Positions 1-8,648 of a stretch of 64,000 bases of DNA are shown here, piece by piece. The notes beneath the pieces were generated by a model that was not told the origin of the DNA, ran no database searches, and saw only the letters and a program-made list of their open reading frames with translations. The first letter of the stretch is position 1; the number at the start of each line of letters is the position of its first letter. The stretch lies in contig CBDEFM010000002.1 in the NCBI GenBank assembly GCA_965237415.1, positions 2,336,001-2,400,000 on the forward strand, given 5' to 3'. Source of the stretch: Alphaproteobacteria bacterium. GTDB lineage: Bacteria; Pseudomonadota; Alphaproteobacteria; UBA828. The position numbers and the translations under genes were made by a program.

Positions 1-584
1 AAGGCCCTGAGACCCGCGTCCGGCGGCGCGGTGTAGTCGCCGCCTGCGAATGTCCTGTCCGCCGTGAGCGCCGCCTTCACTCCCTCCAGGAATACCTTGT
101 TGTGCGGCGAGGTCCGCGCAGACGCGCAGAACGGCAGGATGGCGTCCACCAAATCGGGATACTGGGCGCCCCACTGATACGACTGGCAGCCGGCCATCGA
201 CCATCCAAGCACGAGCGCGATGCGCTTGACGCCGAGCGCCTCGGTGAGCAAGCGGTGCTGGCAGGCCACGTTGTCGTGGAGGGTGACGGCGGGGAAGCGC
301 GGGCCGTCGAAGGGTGGCGGGGTGTTGCTCGGCGATGACGAGAGACCGTTGCCGAACATGTCGATCGAGACGATGAGGTAGCGTGAAGGATCGAGCGCCG
401 GCACCGCCCTTACGTAGCCCTCGTTGCGGACGTGTGTGCCGGTATAGAAGGTCGGCATGACGATCGCGTTGTCGCCGCGCGCGTTGAGCGAGCCGTAGGT
501 CTTGTAGGCGAGCTTGGCTCCCGGCAGCGCGACGCCGGATTGCAGCGTTACCGCGCCGAGCTCGTACAGCTTGTGGTCGTGCAC
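1..584 (-). CDS. alpha/beta hydrolase, homoserine O-acetyltransferase (MetX)-like; runs off window start
   Basis: Manual translation of the minus strand: VHDHKLYELGAVTLQSG...LAYKTYGSLNARGDNAIV...MFGNGLSSSPSN...LGWSMAGCQ (GxSxxG-type nucleophile elbow). Not in the ORF track because it is incomplete. GTG start at 584 or 587. Confidence 0.8.
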   Translation of the reverse strand, partial: MHDHKLYELGAVTLQSGVALPGAKLAYKTYGSLNARGDNAIVMPTFYTGTHVRNEGYVRAVPALDPSRYLIVSIDMFGNGLSSSPSNTPPPFDGPRFPAVTLHDNVACQHRLLTEALGVKRIALVLGWSMAGCQSYQWGAQYPDLVDAILPFCASARTSPHNKVFLEGVKAALTADRTFAGGDYTAPPDAGLRA

Positions 585-639
585 CACGTGGACCAGCCCT
601 CACGCCCGCACCCGAAGCCGGCGCCGTTGGCCGTGTATC

Positions 640-2058
640 TCAGTAGAGCCGCAGGTATTCCTGCACCTCCCAGTCCGTCACCGTCTGGTGGTAGCGCTCC
701 CACTCGTCGACCTTGTAGCGCAGCCAGGAGTTCAGCATCGCGGGGCCGAGCACCTCGGCCGCCAGCGCATCGTCTCGCAGGATCTCGGTCGCTTCGAGCA
801 GATTGCGCGGCAGGCGCTGCCCGCCGCTGGCCCGGATCTCTTCGTCCGTGAGGTCGTAGAGGTCCTTGTTGAGCGGCGGCCCGGGGTCGATACCCTCCAT
901 CACACCCTTGACGGCCGCCGCGCTCGTCATGCCGAGCGCCAGGTACGGATTCATGCAGAGGTCGGAGGCGCGATTCTCGACGCAGAAACGGTTTTGCGGC
1001 AGGCGCAACATGGCGGAGCGGTTGTTGTTGCCGTAGGTCATGTGGGTCGGCGCCCAGGTTACCGTGCCGCCCTCGAACCCGCCGACCCGGGGCACCAGGC
1101 CATTGTACGAATTGACATTCGTGCAGGTGAGGGCGGTGAGCGCGCCGCCGTGGCGTAGCAGCCCGCCGACCGCATGGTAGGCGGCGTCCGCCCAACCGGA
1201 GCCGTGATCCCCGAAAAGGTTCACCCCCGGATTGTCGAGCCGCTGCATCGAGTAGTTGATGTGTGCGCCCGAGCGCCAGTCGCCGGTGGTGGGCTTGGGC
1301 ATGTAGGTGACGAAGAGGCCTTGGCTCTTGGCGACCTCCTTCAGCAGCACGCGCAGGAACACCAGCCGATCGGCCATGCCGAGCAGGTCCGTGTAGCCGA
1401 AATCGAGCTCGAACTGAGAGTAGGCGCCCTCGCAGACCACATCCTTCAGCCCCCAGCCCAGGTCCTCCAGGATGTCGATGACCGCGCCGAGGAATTCCAT
1501 GGAATCGATGGTGTACTCAATGTCGTAGCCGAACGCCTGGCGTCTCGGCCGCACGCCTTCTCCGGGGAGCGGATCGTTGTCGAACGCCTTGACCGGCTGG
1601 CCGCCCTGCCAGCGCATCACGATGAACTCGGGCTCGATGCCGGCGTGCCCCACGAAACCTTTGGCCGCCGCATCATGCATCGCACGCTTTAGCGCCTGGC
1701 GCGGACACAGGTTATAGGGCGCGTCCTCCCACCAGAGATCCGCGAACATCCAGGCGCAGGTCGGGTCCCAGGGGCAGATGACCAGGGAGTCGAGGTCAGG
1801 CACCGGAATCTGGTCGGAATCGGCCGCCCCAAGCTCGGGCACGAAGGAGATCGAATGCACGGCGAACTGCGGCCCCTTGCCCATGCAGAGGTTCTCGAAA
1901 TCGCTGATCGGCACCGGCTTGGTCTTCGGCAGGCCGTGCATGTCGATCCAGCAGGAGAACACGTAGCGGACCCCCGCCTCGGCGAGCTTCGCCTTCTCCT
2001 CGCGGACGCGCTCGATGGGAGGGAGCGCCTCGGCCATGGTCCGTGGTGTCGCAGTCAT
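640..2058 (-). CDS. glutamine synthetase-like gamma-glutamyl-amine ligase (GlnT/GmaS/PuuA-like)
   Basis: GIEPEF, EGAYSQFE, FVTYMPKP, SGAHIN, NNRSAMLR, VENR motifs of the GS catalytic domain. Confidence 0.85.
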   Translation of the reverse strand: MTATPRTMAEALPPIERVREEKAKLAEAGVRYVFSCWIDMHGLPKTKPVPISDFENLCMGKGPQFAVHSISFVPELGAADSDQIPVPDLDSLVICPWDPTCAWMFADLWWEDAPYNLCPRQALKRAMHDAAAKGFVGHAGIEPEFIVMRWQGGQPVKAFDNDPLPGEGVRPRRQAFGYDIEYTIDSMEFLGAVIDILEDLGWGLKDVVCEGAYSQFELDFGYTDLLGMADRLVFLRVLLKEVAKSQGLFVTYMPKPTTGDWRSGAHINYSMQRLDNPGVNLFGDHGSGWADAAYHAVGGLLRHGGALTALTCTNVNSYNGLVPRVGGFEGGTVTWAPTHMTYGNNNRSAMLRLPQNRFCVENRASDLCMNPYLALGMTSAAAVKGVMEGIDPGPPLNKDLYDLTDEEIRASGGQRLPRNLLEATEILRDDALAAEVLGPAMLNSWLRYKVDEWERYHQTVTDWEVQEYLRLY

Positions 2059-2361
2059 CGGTTCGGCCTCCTCAGCAAGCAGCTCTATATGTCATCTCTT
2101 CCGCGCATAACCAGGCATCGGCCGGGCCGGTGCCGAATCGTCCTCGAACCATCCTGATGCATTCATGGCATCGGGATCGGTTGTAGACCGCTGAATCACG
2201 GCGCATCTGTGGACGCCGAGATCAAATGCCATCACGCGCGACAGCATCTCGGCCATTCACCGATGAAGGCCCCCCGCACGGTCGGTACGCCGCACCCGAC
2301 ATCCCCGACAGGCCGTTCGCTTGAACCGGGATGGCGGCGGCGATCGGCAGCATCCTGGCGC

Positions 2362-3477
2362 TCACCGCAGGCTCTTCACCACGCGTTCCTGGAAGCTGCG
2401 CACGGCGTCCTCCCACAGCGGGGAGAGCACGCCGCCGTCGTCGGCGATGGCGGACGCGCGACCCTCCTGCAGCCGCTCGCAGATCACCTGGTCCTCCACG
2501 TGCACGTCACGCCAGAGCCTCGCGAGCTCGTCCGCATGCTCGTCGGAGACCGTCTCGGCCTGGAGGCTGTAGACGGCGCGGCGCTGACCGGTGCGACCGG
2601 GCGCCAGCGGCACGTCGAGATGGACGCCGACCTGATCGGGGAGGTAAAGCCCGAGCACGAAGTTGGGGAAGAGCGTGAGGTAGCGGGAGTCCGCAGACAG
2701 CGTGTCGTCCCGCGTCGCCGTGCCGGAGACGTCCACGGCGCAGCCGAGGCAGCCCGGCTCGTTCACCGTGTAGTGGTCCGTCAGCGGCTGTTCGGTGGTC
2801 GTCGCGTGCACGAAGGGCACGTGGTAGGGCTCGATGAAGTTCTCCATCATGAGCTTCCAGTTCGCGGCGATCTCGCCCAGATCGATGGTGACGACGTGGC
2901 GCATCCGGGAGAGGTCGAGCCCCCCGAGGTGCCTCTGGAGCGGCGCGACGAAGTCCTCGATAGAAGGCGCCTCGCCGTTCAGGTTGACGAAGACCCAGTC
3001 GTGCCAGGTCGCCACGCGCACGGGCACCAGCCCGTGCTCCGCGCGGTCGAAGCCGGCCGGCACCGCGCGCGGGTCGTGCCCGCCGAAGTAGGGGGCGAGG
3101 TGCAGCGCACCGTCGAGCCTGTAGGTCCATGAGTGATAGGGGCACTGGATCGCCGGCCCCACGTTGCCGGGTTGGTCGACGAGCTTGAGACAGCGGTGGC
3201 GGCACACGTTGTGAAACGCCCGGACTTGCTGTTCGGCATCGCGCACCAGCAGCACCGGCCGGCCGGCGACGGTGACCGGCACCACGTCGCCCGGCCGGGC
3301 CAGCTCGTGGACGAGGCCGGCGAAGACCCAGGAGTCGGCGAAGATGCGCTCGTTCTCGAGTTGGAAGACCGCCTTGCTGGTGTAGGCCGCAGCCGGAAGC
3401 CCCCTAGCCACCGGCCCCGGAGCCTCGAATGCGGCCAGAGCCTCGGCCCCCAGGATCGATTGCAGCGACAGGCTCAT
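2362..3477 (-). CDS. Rieske non-heme iron oxygenase alpha subunit (choline monooxygenase-like), copy 1
   Basis: CRHR...CPYHSW Rieske motif; ENFIEPYHVPFVH mononuclear Fe site; ATG at 3477. Confidence 0.9.
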   Translation of the reverse strand: MSLSLQSILGAEALAAFEAPGPVARGLPAAAYTSKAVFQLENERIFADSWVFAGLVHELARPGDVVPVTVAGRPVLLVRDAEQQVRAFHNVCRHRCLKLVDQPGNVGPAIQCPYHSWTYRLDGALHLAPYFGGHDPRAVPAGFDRAEHGLVPVRVATWHDWVFVNLNGEAPSIEDFVAPLQRHLGGLDLSRMRHVVTIDLGEIAANWKLMMENFIEPYHVPFVHATTTEQPLTDHYTVNEPGCLGCAVDVSGTATRDDTLSADSRYLTLFPNFVLGLYLPDQVGVHLDVPLAPGRTGQRRAVYSLQAETVSDEHADELARLWRDVHVEDQVICERLQEGRASAIADDGGVLSPLWEDAVRSFQERVVKSLR

Positions 3478-4002
3478 GACGATCCCCTGTGCGATCCCCC
3501 TGGAGCGCGCACCAGCTAAGGCACGTGGCCCTTGAGCAGAAACTGGTTCTTGAACATGCCGAGCCGGGTCATGACCTCGACGTGGGCGACATCGGGCTGG
3601 CCGTGGATGTGGTCGTTGAGGAAGGTCGTGAGCTCGGTTTCCTCGTCGCACACGACCTCGACCAGCAGGTCGAAGCGGCCGCTGACCCACATGACGTAGA
3701 CGACGGCCTGGTGGGGATCGAGCCGCTGCGCGACTGCGGTGGGTGCGACGCCCGGCGCTGTCTTGATGCCGAGCATGGCGTCCGACTCGTAGTCGACGGC
3801 GACCGGGTCGACCACAGCGACGATGCGGAGCATGCCGGCGTCGCGCATCCGGGTGATACGGTTGCGGACCGTCCCGCCCGATACGCCGAGCTTCTGCCCG
3901 ATCACGTCGTAGGCTTCCCGCCCGTCTTCCTGGAGCAGGCGGATGATCTGCTGGTTGAGATCGTCGTAAGGAGACGAGAGTGGCGAAATGTCGCCGGCGT
4001 CG
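2366..4002. repeat. 1637-bp inverted duplication (asnC-Rieske), partner 56983..58619
   Basis: Near-identical reverse-complement sequence and near-identical proteins. Confidence 0.95.
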
Positions 4003-4055
4003 CCGCCGCTGTCGTCGGTCACTGACTGAACCGCTCGTGGTGTGAATCGGGACAT
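3516..4055 (-). CDS. Lrp/AsnC family transcriptional regulator, copy 1
   Basis: DDLNQQIIRLLQEDGR..IGQKLGVSGGTVRNRI HTH; SGRFDLLVEV RAM domain. Confidence 0.9.
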   Translation of the reverse strand: MSRFTPRAVQSVTDDSGGDAGDISPLSSPYDDLNQQIIRLLQEDGREAYDVIGQKLGVSGGTVRNRITRMRDAGMLRIVAVVDPVAVDYESDAMLGIKTAPGVAPTAVAQRLDPHQAVVYVMWVSGRFDLLVEVVCDEETELTTFLNDHIHGQPDVAHVEVMTRLGMFKNQFLLKGHVP

Positions 4056-4519
4056 GAGTCACCTCGTAGCGTCGTTCGTCGCGGCTTGCCGTCTCCGATA
4101 TCGATTCAGAAGCTGAGTGTGCCAATGATAACGAAATATCAAGAACACGCAACAAATAGTTGTAAATAAGCAAAACATCCGGCTGGAGCGTACAAATCGT
4201 CATCCGGGTCGCTCGCTGGGGTGCCAGGGTGAGCACCCGATGATCGCGCCACCACGGAGTATGGCCGGGGTGCATGCTCTCATCGAGCGGGTCGCCACGA
4301 CGGCTGTGCTGACTCGCAAGGGAAGCGGTGACGCATGCGAACGAACCGGTCCCAGGCGGTTCCCGATCGCCGATGCGGCGCTCGAGAACAACCGTCCGCC
4401 GATCCTCGCCTCGAGGGAACACCGACGCGCCGCTGCGCGAACGTTACTAGGAGAAGCGGGCTGGCGATCCGCCCACCGGTTCAACTATCTTGCCGCACCA
4501 TCATCCAAGGAGAATGACC

Positions 4520-4921
4520 ATGCAGCTTCTACACACCATGCTCCGCGTGGGCGACATGCAGCGCTCCATCGATTTCTACACCAAGGTAGTCGGCATGGAC
4601 CTGCTGCGTACCACGGAGCGCCCGGACCAGGGGTACACCCTTGCCTTCGTCGCGTTCCGGGGCGGCAACGAGAACGGCGAGGCCGAGCTGGAGCTGACCT
4701 ACAACCACGGCGTGTCGGAATACGACCTCGGTTCCGCGTACGGACACATCGCGCTGGGCGTGGAGAGTGTCGCCGAGACCTGCGAGCGCATTCGGGCGGC
4801 GGGCGGCAACATCACGCGCGAGCCGGGGCCGGTGAAGGGCGGCACCACCGTGATTGCGTTCGTGGAGGATCCAGACGGGTACAAGGTGGAGCTGATCGAG
4901 GCGGGTACGCACGGAACCTGA
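4520..4921 (+). CDS. gloA: lactoylglutathione lyase (glyoxalase I)
   Basis: [40 protein letters not shown]; AAGGAG RBS. Confidence 0.95.
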   Translation: MQLLHTMLRVGDMQRSIDFYTKVVGMDLLRTTERPDQGYTLAFVAFRGGNENGEAELELTYNHGVSEYDLGSAYGHIALGVESVAETCERIRAAGGNITREPGPVKGGTTVIAFVEDPDGYKVELIEAGTHGT

Positions 4922-4988
4922 ACGCGTCCCCGTGCGGCCGGCTTTACGTCGGTCGCGGGCCCACGTCTGACTCCCGGACCGCTTGCGC

Positions 4989-5010
4989 AGCCTAGCCGAT
5001 CGGCTAGGCT
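4989..5010. promoter_or_regulatory. perfect 22-bp palindrome upstream of cupin gene
   Basis: AGCCTAGCCGATCGGCTAGGCT is self-complementary; function unknown. Confidence 0.45.
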
Positions 5011-5038
5011 CGGGCCGCCACCCGAAGGAGAACACCCG

Positions 5039-5557
5039 ATGAGCCAAGCCGCCGCCCCCGTCGCCCGCGTCTCCGCACCGAGCGCGCATCCCTTCTCGCC
5101 GCCCGATATCGTGCTCCCGACCGAACCGGAGGACGAACGGATCTGGGTGCCGCTGAAGGAGGGCGTCTGGCTGCGCCCGCTGATGTACAACACGGTGCAG
5201 GGTGGCTGGTGCGAGGTCGTGAAGGTCACGGGCGGGGGCTTCGTCTCGCGCCACCGGCATCCGGCGCCGGTCCACGGCCTCGTGCTCAAGGGCGCCTTCC
5301 GCTACCTCGAGCACGACTGGATCGCTGATCAGGGAACCTACATCTACGAGCCGCCGGGCGAGGTTCATACCCTCGTGGTCGACGACGACTGCCCGGAGAT
5401 GCACTGCTTCTTCGCGATCTCGGGCTCGGTCAACTATGTGGACGAGGAAGGCCGGGACGTCCGCGCGGAGGATGTCTTTCACCGCCTCGACCGCGCGCGG
5501 CAACACTACGAGGAGGTCGGCCTCGGCGCCGACTACGTCAAGAACTTCGTGCGTTAG
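5039..5557 (+). CDS. 2,4'-dihydroxyacetophenone dioxygenase-family cupin
   Basis: SRHRHPAPVHGLVLKGAFRYLEHDW..YEPPGEVHTL cupin motif. Confidence 0.8.
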   Translation: MSQAAAPVARVSAPSAHPFSPPDIVLPTEPEDERIWVPLKEGVWLRPLMYNTVQGGWCEVVKVTGGGFVSRHRHPAPVHGLVLKGAFRYLEHDWIADQGTYIYEPPGEVHTLVVDDDCPEMHCFFAISGSVNYVDEEGRDVRAEDVFHRLDRARQHYEEVGLGADYVKNFVR

Positions 5558-5616
5558 AGCGCGCGCCTTGCGAACGGGATAGGCTTCGCGGGCATCGGAA
5601 TTGGGAGCGATTTGCC

Positions 5617-5829
5617 ATGCAGAAAGGATTCACGGCCGTCGTGAAGCAATCCGGTCCCTGGTGGATCGGCTGGATCGAAGAGATTCCCGGTGTCAATTGC
5701 CAGGAGCGCACGAGAGAGGAGTTGCTGGAAACTCTCCGTGTGACGTTGCGGGAAGCGCTGGAGCAGAATCGCAGCGAGGCCATCGAGGCCGCCGGGCAAG
5801 ACTATGAAGAAGCAACCGTCGTTGTATGA
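5617..5829 (+). CDS. hicB: HicB-like antitoxin (short, UPF0150-type)
   Basis: FTAVVKQSGPWWIGWIEEIPGVNCQERTREELLETLR; ATGA overlap with hicA. Confidence 0.8.
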   Translation: MQKGFTAVVKQSGPWWIGWIEEIPGVNCQERTREELLETLRVTLREALEQNRSEAIEAAGQDYEEATVVV

Positions 5830-6047
5830 AGCGTCGGAAGCTTCTGCGGCATCTGCGCAACCATGGCTGCGCGTTGTTGCGTGAAGGCGGACGGCACTCT
5901 TGGTGGCACAACCCGTCGTCGAACAGGCGTTCGGCCGTTCCGCGACACGTAGAGATCGACGAGTATGTGCGGCCGGCGACGGTCGCCGACGCGCTTGCCG
6001 CCCTCGGCCGCTACGACGAAGGCGATGCGGCTCATTCTGCGTCTTAA
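5826..6047 (+). pseudogene. hicA: HicA toxin N-terminus fused in frame to a fragment of a coxM-like gene
   Basis: MKRRKLLRHL..GCALLREGGRHSWW..SAVPRHVEI followed by IDEYVRPATVADALAAL, which matches the 7274 ORF. Confidence 0.75.
5954..6031 (+). repeat. 78-bp direct repeat of 7288..7365 (coxM-like 5' end)
   Basis: 74/78 identical; all 4 mismatches are at third codon positions. Confidence 0.9.
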
Positions 6048-6099
6048 CGAACACCGTTCTTCGGCCATGTCCTCGAAGCTCTCCGACATTTGAAGTAAC

Positions 6100-7092
6100 G
6101 TGCTCAAGCGCGACGCGGTTGCATACACTGCTCGCAGCTTCGAACGCGTTTACGATAGTGACGAGGCGGGCGACCTGGAGCTGCGGAAGACGGCATACAA
6201 GGATCTCACCAACAATTACTACGAACTGGTGACGGATTTTTATGAGTACGGTTGGGGCAAATCATTTCATTTTGCGCCACGTGCCCCGGACGAAAGTTTC
6301 GCAGACTCCCTTGCCCGCCACGAACGCAACCTCGCACAACGACTTGACCTGCGAACCGGAATGCGGGTGGCGGATCTGGGTTGTGGTGTCGGTGGTCCGT
6401 TGCGTGAGATTGCCCGCTTCTCCGGAGCCACGATCGTCGGCGTGAATAACAATGAATACCAACTCGACAGGGCCCGGAAGCTGACCGAAGAAGCGGGACT
6501 GGGGCACTTGGCGGAGTTTCTCAAGTGCGACTTCATGCACATGGATGCGCCGGACAATTCATTCGACGCCGCCTACGCGATCGGGGCCACCATCCACGCG
6601 CCGAGCAAGGTCGGCTGTTACGGTGAAGTGTTCCGGGTGCTCAAGCCAGGAGGATGCTTCGCGGCCTACGAGTACTGTCTCACCAGCCGCTTCGATCCGA
6701 ACAACCCGCGGCACCGGAAGATAAAGAGCGATCTCGAGGTCAGCGGCGCATTGCCGGACGTCGCCCTTCCACACCAGGTCGACGACGCACTGCGGCAGGT
6801 CGGGTTCGAGTTGCTGGAATCCAGAGACCTGGCCGAGAATCCGGGGCCAGGCATCCCCTGGTACCAGCCCCTCGCCGGTTCGCGAATCTCGTTTGCCGGC
6901 TTTCGCAGTTCGAGAACGGGACGCCTGGCGACCCATGGCACTCTACAGCTTATGGAAGCGCTCGGAATTGTGCCCCAGGGAACCGTGCGCGCGTCCACAC
7001 TCCTGAACATGTGTGCAAAGGCTTACGTGGCATGCGGTCGCCTGGGTATCCTCACGCCGATGTACTTCGTGTACGCGCGCAAGCCGCAGTAG
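6100..7092 (+). CDS. sterol C-24 methyltransferase (ERG6/SMT1-like)
   Basis: FYEYGWGKSFHF, DLGCGVGGP, NNNEYQ, YAIGATIHAP, RVLKPGG, YEY and IPWYQPL motifs. Confidence 0.85.
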   Translation: MLKRDAVAYTARSFERVYDSDEAGDLELRKTAYKDLTNNYYELVTDFYEYGWGKSFHFAPRAPDESFADSLARHERNLAQRLDLRTGMRVADLGCGVGGPLREIARFSGATIVGVNNNEYQLDRARKLTEEAGLGHLAEFLKCDFMHMDAPDNSFDAAYAIGATIHAPSKVGCYGEVFRVLKPGGCFAAYEYCLTSRFDPNNPRHRKIKSDLEVSGALPDVALPHQVDDALRQVGFELLESRDLAENPGPGIPWYQPLAGSRISFAGFRSSRTGRLATHGTLQLMEALGIVPQGTVRASTLLNMCAKAYVACGRLGILTPMYFVYARKPQ

Positions 7093-7273
7093 CGCCGCGA
7101 TCCCGCGCGGGCCACGTCGTCCGGGATAGAGGCCCGCGCACCCGGCTGGCGCCATCTGTGCCGGCTCGCGGCGGCGACCGGTCGGTGCCGGTGGAGCCTT
7201 TCGAATCAACCGTGCAAGGCGGCGGCGCCCGCACCTATAATGGCGCGCCGGTAAGCGACGGGGAGCAGCCAGC

Positions 7274-8152
7274 ATGTATCCAGCACCGATCGACGAGTAT
7301 GTGCGGCCGGCGACGGTCGCCGAGGCGCTCGCCGCCCTCGGCCGCTATGAGGAAGGCGATGCGGCCTTCATCGCCGGCGGCCAGAGCCTCATGCAGGCCG
7401 TCAAGGCGCGGCTGGTCCGCCCGCGCTGCCTGATCGACCTCCAGGCGGTTTCCGGGCTCTCCGGCATCGAAGTGGGCGCCGATGGGGTGCGCATCGGGCC
7501 GATGACGCGCTACGTGGAGATCGCCCGCGACCAGCGACTCAGCGGTGCCCATGCGGCGCTCCGCGACGCGGCGCAGCGCATCGGCGACCGCCAGGTTCGC
7601 AACCGGGGCACCATCGGCGGAAGCTTGTGCTGGAACTATCTCGCCGCCTGCATGCCGCCCACCGCAATCGGGCTCGGCGCAGAACTTGAGTTGACCGCGG
7701 CCGACGGCGGCAAGCGAACCTTGGCGGCGGAGGATTTTATCGGCGGCCCACTGGAGACGGCGCGGGAAGAAAACGAGATTCTCACCGCCATCACCATCCC
7801 AGCGGCAACGGGGAATGGCGGCAGCGCATACAAGAAGTGGGGCCTCGTGACCGACGCGCTGCCGGTGATCGGCGTCTGCGTTGCGCTGGAGGTGGCCGAC
7901 GGGCGCTGCGCCAGCGCGCGGGTGGCGGTCGGCGGCCTCGCGACCGGGCCCAGGCGCTCGGGCGCCGCCGAGGAGGCGCTGATCGGCGTGGCCACCGGCG
8001 ATGGGGACGGCATCGCGGCGGCAATGGACGCGGCCGCGGCAGAGATCGAGACCCAGGAGGACCTCTGGGCCGACAGCGACTATCGCAAGCTGCTCATCCG
8101 CTCGCTCGGCGCCGAGGTCGCGGCCACGGCCTTCGCGCGGGCGGCAGGCTAA
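7274..8152 (+). CDS. xanthine dehydrogenase family FAD-binding (medium, CoxM-like) subunit
   Basis: AGGQSL, QVRNRGTIGGS, DYRKLL; TATAAT at 7236-7241 upstream. Confidence 0.9.
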   Translation: MYPAPIDEYVRPATVAEALAALGRYEEGDAAFIAGGQSLMQAVKARLVRPRCLIDLQAVSGLSGIEVGADGVRIGPMTRYVEIARDQRLSGAHAALRDAAQRIGDRQVRNRGTIGGSLCWNYLAACMPPTAIGLGAELELTAADGGKRTLAAEDFIGGPLETAREENEILTAITIPAATGNGGSAYKKWGLVTDALPVIGVCVALEVADGRCASARVAVGGLATGPRRSGAAEEALIGVATGDGDGIAAAMDAAAAEIETQEDLWADSDYRKLLIRSLGAEVAATAFARAAG

Positions 8153-8174
8153 GGGCGGGGAGAGGAAACCGGCA

Positions 8175-8648
8175 ATGAGCACGACCACGATCACGGTGAC
8201 GATCAACGGCGAGGTCTTCGAGGAGACCGTGCCGGTCCGCATGCTGCTGGTCGACTTCATCCGCGAGCGCGCAGGCCTCACCGGCACCCATATCGGCTGC
8301 ACCTACGAGGGCGTCTGCGGCGCGTGCACGGTCCAGCTCGACGGCGAAGCGGTGAAGTCCTGCCTGATGGTCGCCGCCCAGGCCGACGGGCACGAGATCA
8401 CCACTGTCGAGGCCTTGGCCAAGGGCGGCAAACTCTCGCCCCTGCAGCGGGCCTTCAACGAGCAGCACGCCCTGCAATGCGGCTACTGCACGCCGGGCAT
8501 TCTGATGAACATGGACGAGTTCCTGCGCGAGAACCCGGACCCCACCGACGAGGAGATCCGCCACGGATTGGTCGGCAATCTCTGCCGGTGTACCGGCTAC
8601 GTGCACATCGTCGATGCGGTTCGTCAGGCCGCGAAAGAGACCAGGTGA
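8175..8648 (+). CDS. xanthine dehydrogenase family 2Fe-2S (small, CoxS-like) subunit
   Basis: GCTYEGVCGACTV, QCGYCTPG, NLCRCTGY. Confidence 0.95.
   Translation: MSTTTITVTINGEVFEETVPVRMLLVDFIRERAGLTGTHIGCTYEGVCGACTVQLDGEAVKSCLMVAAQADGHEITTVEALAKGGKLSPLQRAFNEQHALQCGYCTPGILMNMDEFLRENPDPTDEEIRHGLVGNLCRCTGYVHIVDAVRQAAKETR

Noticed and set aside
640-2058. Canonical glnA
   Set aside because: Divergent N-terminus and catabolic context fit GS-like amine ligases; no symbol assigned
2362-4422. 686-aa AsnC-spanning Rieske fusion
   Set aside because: The upstream part is an off-frame read of asnC; the real start is ATG 3477, matching copy 2
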